Below, one piece after another: positions 57,920 through 64,000 of a stretch of DNA of 64,000 bases. A model generated the notes under the pieces. That model was not told the DNA's origin, ran no database searches, and was given only the letters and a program-made list of their open reading frames with translations. Made by a program: the position numbers and the translations under genes. This DNA comes from Alphaproteobacteria bacterium (GTDB lineage Bacteria > Pseudomonadota > Alphaproteobacteria > MPNO01), in NCBI GenBank assembly GCA_965248835.1, contig CBDFLJ010000002.1, positions 2,400,001 through 2,464,000 on the forward strand. The letters are read 5' to 3'. Position 1 is the stretch's first letter. The number at the start of each line of letters is the position of its first letter.

Positions 57920-58091
57920 TGGGGTCGCTCCTGCAGGAATCGGCGGTCTTTTAGCAGAGCGCGCATGCGAACGCCATATGCGCCGCGGCGGGCACCGGCA
58001 GCGCCTGCACTTGACGCGCGGTCCGCAAAACCCACATTTTCAATCTGGAAGTCAAGGTTCGTATTCGGGAGAGCGGCGTCGGCCGCGGGCG

Positions 58092-58640
58092 ATGTCGTCA
58101 TCGGATTCCCACGCATTCCACGGCACGACGATCTTGTCCGTCCGCAAGGACGGCAAGGTGATCGTCGCCGGGGACGGGCAGGTGAGCTTCGGCAACACGG
58201 TCATGAAGGCCAATGCCCGCAAGGTGCGCCGCCTCGGCGACGGTTCGGTGATCGGCGGGTTCGCCGGCGCGACGGCCGACGCGTTCACCCTGTTCGAACG
58301 GCTCGAGACCAAGCTTGAGCAGCATCCGGGCCAGCTCATGCGGGCCTGCGTGGAGCTCGCCAAGGACTGGCGGACCGACCGGTATCTGCGCCGGCTCGAG
58401 GCGATGATGGCGGTGGCCGACCGCGACATCTCGCTGATCCTGTCAGGGACCGGCGACGTGCTCGAGCCCGAGGACGGGCTGATCGGCATCGGCTCCGGCG
58501 GCGTTTACGCGCTGGCCGCAGCGCGTGCTTTGGCCGACGTCGCGGACATGGACGCCGAGGCAATCGCACGCAAGGCCATGGGGGTCGCCGCCGATATCTG
58601 CATCTACACCAATCACAATGTCATCATTGAAGGCATCTGA
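58092..58640 (+). CDS. hslV: ATP-dependent protease peptidase subunit
   Basis: [45 protein letters not shown]. Confidence 0.97.
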   Translation: MSSSDSHAFHGTTILSVRKDGKVIVAGDGQVSFGNTVMKANARKVRRLGDGSVIGGFAGATADAFTLFERLETKLEQHPGQLMRACVELAKDWRTDRYLRRLEAMMAVADRDISLILSGTGDVLEPEDGLIGIGSGGVYALAAARALADVADMDAEAIARKAMGVAADICIYTNHNVIIEGI

Positions 58641-58646
58641 GCGGCT

Positions 58647-59954
58647 TTGACCAATTTCAGTCCCAGAGAGATCGTCTCCGAACTCGACCGCTACATCGTC
58701 GGCCAGGACGCCGCCAAGCGGGCAGTCGCCATTGCGCTTCGCAACCGCTGGCGGCGCCAGAAACTGTCCGGTGACCTGCGCGAGGAGGTCCTGCCCAAGA
58801 ACATCCTGATGATCGGGCCGACCGGCGTCGGCAAGACCGAGATCGCCCGGCGACTCGCCCGCCTCGCCCAGGCGCCCTTCCTGAAGGTCGAGGCGACCAA
58901 GTTTACCGAGGTCGGCTATGTCGGGCGCGACGTCGAGCAGATCGTCCGCGACCTGGTCGAGATCGCCATCCTGATGGTCCGCACCCGGCTGCGCAAGGAG
59001 GTCAAAGCCAAGGCCGAGGTCGCCGCGGAGGAGCGCGTGCTCGACGCCCTGGTCGGCGAAAGCGCCAGCGCGGATACGCGCCAGAAATTCCGCCGGATGT
59101 TGCGCGAGGGCCAGCTCGACGACAAGGAGATCGAGGTCGAGGTCAGCGACGGCGGCTCATCGCTGCCGACCTTCGACATCCCCGGCATGCCGGGCGCGCA
59201 GATGGGCATGGTCAATCTGGGCGACATGCTAGGCAAGGCCTTCGGCGGCCGCACCAAGTCGCGCCGGATGACGGTGGGCGAATCCCACACCATCCTGGTC
59301 GAGGAAGAGGCCGACAAGCTGCTCGACGAAGACGCCGTTGTGCGCGAGGCGATCGACTCGGTCGAGCAGAACGGGATCGTCTTCCTCGATGAGATCGACA
59401 AGATCTGCGCCCGCTCGGACCGCTACGGCGCCGACGTCAGCCGCGAAGGCGTGCAGCGCGACCTGCTGCCGCTGATCGAGGGCACGACGGTCGCGACCAA
59501 GCACGGCGCGGTGAAGACCGACCACGTGCTGTTCATCGCCTCGGGCGCCTTCCATCTCGCCAAGCCCTCGGACCTGCTGCCCGAGCTCCAGGGCCGCCTG
59601 CCGATCCGGGTCGAGCTCAAGGCGCTTACCGAGGACGACTTCCGCCGCATCCTGACCGAGCCAGAGACCAGCCTGATCCGCCAATATATCGCGCTGATGG
59701 GGACCGAGGACGTCTCGCTCGAGTTCAACGACGAGGCGATCACCGAGATCGCCCATGTCGCGGCCGAGGTAAACCGCTCGGTCGAGAATATCGGTGCCCG
59801 CCGGCTACAGACCGTCATGGAGCGGCTGCTGGACGATATCAGCTTCACTGCCACCGACCGGGCCGGCGACACGGTGACGATCGATGCCGAGTATGTGCGC
59901 GTCAACGTCGCCGACCTCGCCAAGGACGCGGATCTGTCGAAGTACATCCTGTAG
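58647..59954 (+). CDS. hslU: ATP-dependent protease ATPase subunit
   Basis: [58 protein letters not shown]; TTG start. Confidence 0.97.
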   Translation: MTNFSPREIVSELDRYIVGQDAAKRAVAIALRNRWRRQKLSGDLREEVLPKNILMIGPTGVGKTEIARRLARLAQAPFLKVEATKFTEVGYVGRDVEQIVRDLVEIAILMVRTRLRKEVKAKAEVAAEERVLDALVGESASADTRQKFRRMLREGQLDDKEIEVEVSDGGSSLPTFDIPGMPGAQMGMVNLGDMLGKAFGGRTKSRRMTVGESHTILVEEEADKLLDEDAVVREAIDSVEQNGIVFLDEIDKICARSDRYGADVSREGVQRDLLPLIEGTTVATKHGAVKTDHVLFIASGAFHLAKPSDLLPELQGRLPIRVELKALTEDDFRRILTEPETSLIRQYIALMGTEDVSLEFNDEAITEIAHVAAEVNRSVENIGARRLQTVMERLLDDISFTATDRAGDTVTIDAEYVRVNVADLAKDADLSKYIL

Positions 59955-60000
59955 TCCACGTTCGACGGCTTGGCGCGCCGAAGACGTTCTCGGCCTCGGT

Positions 60001-60546
60001 TCAGAGGAAGACGGTCAGGTTCTTGGCGAGCAGGACCGACTGGTCGAGGATGATTTTTCGCCGGGCGATCATCAGCGCGCCGCCGATCCGGCGCAATTCG
60101 TCCGCGCGGCGGCCGACAAGGTAATCGGTCTCGGTCTCGAGGCGGTTGCGGTGGACCAGGAAACGGCAGGTCACCGTGGCCGCTTCACCCTCGGGCAGGG
60201 CGTCGACGGGCTCGACAAGGCGGATGTTGGTGATCAGGTGCGAGACCCGCGAGGGCGGCTCCTCGGCCCAATGGATGCCGGTCATGATCTGGCGGACACG
60301 CTTTTCGAGCGTCGTCTTGTCGTCATGGAACCAGGCGACATCGTCCTCGCCGGTGATGTCGTGTTCGCGCTCGGACCAGGGGAGGTTCTTGCGCAGCGGC
60401 GCCCAGTAGACGATGTCCTCGGTGAACAGATCGAGCCATTCCACGTAGCGGCGCTGGTCCAGCAGGTCGGCCTCGCGGTAGAGCAGGTCCTCGATCTCGC
60501 GCATCAGGCTCAGATAGGAAAGCCGCGCAGGGCCGGGGTCAGCCAT
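60001..60546 (-). CDS. Ring-hydroxylating dioxygenase beta subunit (HcaF/BphE-like)
   Basis: LYREA.LLD.R....WL, W.E.PPSR..H.ITN, G.R.D.LR, DQSVLLAKNL..F. Confidence 0.9.
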   Translation of the reverse strand: MADPGPARLSYLSLMREIEDLLYREADLLDQRRYVEWLDLFTEDIVYWAPLRKNLPWSEREHDITGEDDVAWFHDDKTTLEKRVRQIMTGIHWAEEPPSRVSHLITNIRLVEPVDALPEGEAATVTCRFLVHRNRLETETDYLVGRRADELRRIGGALMIARRKIILDQSVLLAKNLTVFL

Positions 60547-61867
60547 CGCCGGCACGCGCGACGTGCAGGTCCGCCGAGCTCTGTGCGTCCATGTACTCGG
60601 CCCAGCGCTTGTAGAGCTGCCGCGGATTCTGTTCGGTGGTCACCGGCGCCTCGGTGACGACGCCCGGGATCAAGGCGCTCGGCCCGCCGGCCCCGAGCCC
60701 CGCCTTGTAGTGATACGGGAACCGCCGTGCGATCGTGCCTTGGCTCGCCGCCGAGGCGTAGTTCCAGTTCTCCATGTCGTCCTGCTCGGTCATCCCGGCC
60801 GGGCCGGAATAGCGCAGGTAATAGCGTCTCAGGAACCGCTTGACCTCCTCGGGCGCGTCCTTGTCGACGAAATAGACCCGCCAGAGCTCGGTGCGGTCGG
60901 CAGCGCGCGGATGGCCGACGATGATCGTGCGCGGCTGCTGGCCGTGCAGCGACATGTTGGGAAAGACAGTGCCGACGATCACGTTGATGCCGGCCTTCTC
61001 GCCCAGCCGCGCGACGCGCTGCCGCCATCGGTCTTTGTAGTAGGCCGCCGTAGCCGCCGAATCGGCATAGTCGGTCCTCTCCGCATCGATCGGTCCGACA
61101 CCGTAGGTGAAGCCGTGCCCCTCGTGGTGGCCGGCCAGAATCAGCCGTCCGGGGTCGTCCCGCCTGCCCTCGCCTTCGGTCGGGCCGATGCCGACCATGT
61201 CGACCGAGCGGTGGCTGACGACGTGCAGCGCATCGCCGGCGAAGTTCTCCGCCACGAACTTCCAGTTCGACGGGATGATCCATTTCTGGACCGCGCCGAG
61301 CAGTTCGGTCTCGCCGTCGCCGCCGTCCCAGGGCGCGAGTGCGAGGTCGAGCGCGAACCGCGCCTCGCCCAGATAGTCCTCGAAGGAGGGCGCGGCCGCA
61401 TCCCAGGTCGCCCAGATCGTGCCGCGGCAGGTCGCGAGCCCGGCCACCTCGACCAACCCCCAGTCCGCCTTGTCGAACGGCGGCCGGTAGGCGTTCTCGT
61501 AGTCCTGGACGCCGACCAGCGCGCCGTCGGTGCCGTAGCTCCATCCGTGGTAGGGGCAGACGAAGGTCCGCGTGTTGCCCTCGTCGTAGCGGCACACCCG
61601 CATGCCGCGGTGCCGGCAGGTGTTGAGGAAGACGTGCAGGGAGCCCGCGCGGTCGCGGGTGAGGATCACCGATTCCTCGCCCATCCGCGAGACGAAGAAA
61701 TCGCCCGGCGCGGCGACCTGGCTTTCGTGGCCGACATAGAGCCAGGCGCGCGCGAACAGGCGCTCCTGCTCCTGGCGGTAGATGTCCTGGTTGACGAAGA
61801 TCTCGCGGCTGATCTCGCCGCCGTCGAGGTCGATCAGGGCGCGGGCGGAGCCGCCGAGGCCGGTCAC
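60539..61867 (-). CDS. Rieske ring-hydroxylating dioxygenase alpha subunit (biphenyl/phenylpropionate group)
   Basis: CRHRGM...CPYHGW; NWKF.AENF.GD..H...H; FPN; GPAG..EQDD.ENW. Confidence 0.9.
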   Translation of the reverse strand: MTGLGGSARALIDLDGGEISREIFVNQDIYRQEQERLFARAWLYVGHESQVAAPGDFFVSRMGEESVILTRDRAGSLHVFLNTCRHRGMRVCRYDEGNTRTFVCPYHGWSYGTDGALVGVQDYENAYRPPFDKADWGLVEVAGLATCRGTIWATWDAAAPSFEDYLGEARFALDLALAPWDGGDGETELLGAVQKWIIPSNWKFVAENFAGDALHVVSHRSVDMVGIGPTEGEGRRDDPGRLILAGHHEGHGFTYGVGPIDAERTDYADSAATAAYYKDRWRQRVARLGEKAGINVIVGTVFPNMSLHGQQPRTIIVGHPRAADRTELWRVYFVDKDAPEEVKRFLRRYYLRYSGPAGMTEQDDMENWNYASAASQGTIARRFPYHYKAGLGAGGPSALIPGVVTEAPVTTEQNPRQLYKRWAEYMDAQSSADLHVARAGDG

Positions 61868-62775
61868 GGCAGGATCTCGTCGAGGAGCTGTTGCGCGAGC
61901 GCCGCGCCCGGCGCCGGCAGGCCAAGCTCATGGGCGAGCTTGAGGCAGAGCCGGAGGTCCTTGTAGAACACCTCGCTCGCCTGCGGTGCCATCTTGAGCT
62001 TGGACCAACGCTCGGCGACCGCGCTTTGCGCCATCCCATCGCCGATGATTTTCTCCAGCATTTCGGCCGACAGCCCGGCCGCGCGCCCGAGGCGCATCCC
62101 TTCATGGGCGGCCATCAGATTGACGCTGATGATGAGCTGGTGGGCGAGCTTGGCGCGGATGCCGGTGCCGAGCCCGCCGGTATGGGTGATCTTGGGACCC
62201 GAAGTCTCGAAGATCGGCCTGCAGATCTCGAATGCGCGGTCGCTGCCGCCGACCATGTAGGACATCGTCCTGGTCCTGGCTCCTCGCTCGCTGCCGCTGA
62301 CCGGCGCATCGATCAGCTCGACCTCGCGCTCAGCCGCGGCCGCGGCCAGCCGTTCGATCGTCGCCGGCTCGACGGTGCTGTGGACGGCGATGATGGTGCC
62401 GGGCTTGGCGCCGGCAAGCACCCCGTCGGCAGCCAGCACGACGTCTTCGACCTGGGCGTCGTCCAGCACGCAGATCTCGACGACCTCGCCATGCGCGCCG
62501 ACCTCGCGGTTGGAGCGGGCGATCCGCGCGCCCGCCTTCGCCAGCGCATCCAGCGGTTCGGACCGGCACTGCCCAAGGACGTCGTAGACCATCAGGTCGT
62601 GATCCGACTGGGCGAGGTTGACGGCCAGGTACTTGCCCTGAGTCCCCAACCCGACGTGCCCCGCTTCGAGGTGCTGCCAAAGCGTTGGATTGTAATCAGC
62701 CGCAACAGGCGCCTCGCTCGCGACTTCCGTCACCTTCACTTTCTGAGTCCCCAACCCGATAAACCCGGCCTTCAT
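61864..62775 (-). CDS. NAD(P)-dependent oxidoreductase, 3-hydroxyisobutyrate dehydrogenase family, with in-frame 35-aa insertion
   Basis: GFIGLG, HST, DAPVSG, MVGG, K..Q, KDL; GLGTQ duplicated. Confidence 0.85.
   Translation of the reverse strand: MKAGFIGLGTQKVKVTEVASEAPVAADYNPTLWQHLEAGHVGLGTQGKYLAVNLAQSDHDLMVYDVLGQCRSEPLDALAKAGARIARSNREVGAHGEVVEICVLDDAQVEDVVLAADGVLAGAKPGTIIAVHSTVEPATIERLAAAAAEREVELIDAPVSGSERGARTRTMSYMVGGSDRAFEICRPIFETSGPKITHTGGLGTGIRAKLAHQLIISVNLMAAHEGMRLGRAAGLSAEMLEKIIGDGMAQSAVAERWSKLKMAPQASEVFYKDLRLCLKLAHELGLPAPGAALAQQLLDEILP
62638..62759. repeat. 17-bp perfect direct repeat flanking an 88-bp foreign segment
   Basis: CTGAGTCCCCAACCCGA at 62638-62654 and 62743-62759; period 105 bp. 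Confidence 0.9.
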
Positions 62776-62794
62776 CGGTACCGTCCTTTCCAGC

Positions 62795-64000
62795 TCATCC
62801 CGCCGGCCGAGCCGGCGCGCGTGCGTGTTCCACCGCCTCGACGATCCATGCAGGCGAGACCGGCGTGTGGTTGACCTTGATCCCGAACGGCGACAGCGCG
62901 TCAGTGAGCGCGTTGGCGATTGCGGCCGGCGGGTTGACGGCGCCGCCCTCGCCCATGCCCTTGAAGCCACCGAGGCTGTCGGGCGAGGGGCTCTGGAGGT
63001 GGTGTACCTCGATCCGCGGGACGTTGCAGGCCAGCGGCGCCAGGTAGTCGGCGAAGGTCACCGCAACCGGGTGCCCGTCCTCGTCATAGGCGGCATGCTC
63101 GAGCAGCGCCTGGCCGATACCCTGGGCGATGCCGCCGTGCAACTGGCCTTCGACGATCATCGGGTTGACCACCGTCCCGCAGTCTTCGATCACCACGTAG
63201 CGCAGGATGGCGACCGCGCCGGTGCGGATGTCGACCTCGACGACGACGGCGTGAAGCGAATTGGAGAAGCTGCCCGGATCGGGCGCGCGGTAGCGTCTGG
63301 TCGCCTCCAGCCCGGGGTCGATGTGTGCGGGCAGCTGGTTCGCCCGGTGATTGGCGATGCGGGCGATTTCTTCAAGCGTCATGGCGTGCGCGGGATTGTC
63401 GGCGACGACGATGCCGTCGCGGTAGCTCAGCCCGGCCGGATCGACCTGCAGCTTGTGCGCAGCGATCGCGATCGCCTTGTCGATGATGTCGCGGCTGGCG
63501 AGGATCGCCGCGCCGCCGCCGTAGACCAGGCTCCGGCTCGCCCATGTTCCCAGCCCGTAAGGCGCGACCGCGGTGTCGCCGAACCGCACCTTGACCCGGT
63601 CAAACGGCACGCCGAACTCATCGGCGACGACCTGGGCGAAGGTGGTCTCATGCCCCTGGCCCTGGCTGTGGGTGCCGAGGATCGCGGTGATCGCGCCGTC
63701 GGGCTCGAGCCGCACGCAGGCCGTCTCGAGCCCGAGCACCATTTCGATGCCCTTGCGCGAGACCTCATCCGGCCCGAGCGCCGAATGCTCGACGATCGCG
63801 GCGAACCCGACTCCGCGATAGGTGCCGCCGGCACGCAGCGCGGCATGTTCCCGCCGCAGGTCGGACAGGCCCAGGATCCTTTCCATCTCGTCCAGCGCTT
63901 CGGCCGAGCTGCCGCTCTCGAAGCGCAGGCCGGCCGGCGTCTGGTGAGGGTAGCTGCGCACCACGTTGCGCCGGCGCACCTCCAGCGGGTCGAGCCCCAG
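62795..64000 (-). CDS. Xanthine dehydrogenase-family molybdopterin-binding large subunit, C-terminal part (5' end outside window)
   Basis: HSQGQGHET, G.GT.ASRS, DCG.V.NP.IV.GQ..GG..QGIG, KGMGEGG. Confidence 0.9.
   Translation of the reverse strand: MGLDPLEVRRRNVVRSYPHQTPAGLRFESGSSAEALDEMERILGLSDLRREHAALRAGGTYRGVGFAAIVEHSALGPDEVSRKGIEMVLGLETACVRLEPDGAITAILGTHSQGQGHETTFAQVVADEFGVPFDRVKVRFGDTAVAPYGLGTWASRSLVYGGGAAILASRDIIDKAIAIAAHKLQVDPAGLSYRDGIVVADNPAHAMTLEEIARIANHRANQLPAHIDPGLEATRRYRAPDPGSFSNSLHAVVVEVDIRTGAVAILRYVVIEDCGTVVNPMIVEGQLHGGIAQGIGQALLEHAAYDEDGHPVAVTFADYLAPLACNVPRIEVHHLQSPSPDSLGGFKGMGEGGAVNPPAAIANALTDALSPFGIKVNHTPVSPAWIVEAVEHARAPARPAG

Noticed and set aside
62638-62759. CRISPR array
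   Set aside because: Only two 17-bp repeats derived from host coding sequence, an 88-bp interval and no cas genes; no true array seen anywhere in the window

Overview
GC-rich bacterial chromosome segment, most likely an alphaproteobacterium: the hisB-DUF2628-hisH-GNAT-hisA-hisF-hisE-HIT cluster divergent from hslVU is a Rhodospirillales-type arrangement (inference from gene order). Positions 1-5.8 kb are a mobile-element graveyard: an integrase fragment, internally deleted IS6, IS1595 fragment, intact-looking IS3 and IS630 fragment, with narK1 intact and narK2 truncated. Positions 5.8-53.7 kb and 60-64 kb are dense aromatic/heteroaromatic catabolic genes: four Rieske oxygenases, LigA/LigB-type and a second class III extradiol dioxygenase, three molybdenum-hydroxylase large subunits, an HpaB-type and two luciferase-like monooxygenases, decarboxylase-type amidohydrolases, SDRs, and TRAP/TAXI/ABC uptake. 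I saw no transcription-factor, ferredoxin/reductase or small/medium Mo-hydroxylase subunit genes. A decayed integrative element at 44.6-47.2 kb retains two intact toxin-antitoxin pairs plus recombinase, SIR2-like and relaxase remnants between 19-bp direct repeats. Most notable: (i) a putative N-heterocycle degradation operon (12.0-17.9 kb) behind a perfect FNR-type box; (ii) an in-frame 105-bp insertion in a dehydrogenase gene, made of a 17-bp duplication flanking an antisense IS5 transposase fragment. All product calls come from motif recognition by eye, not database searches.
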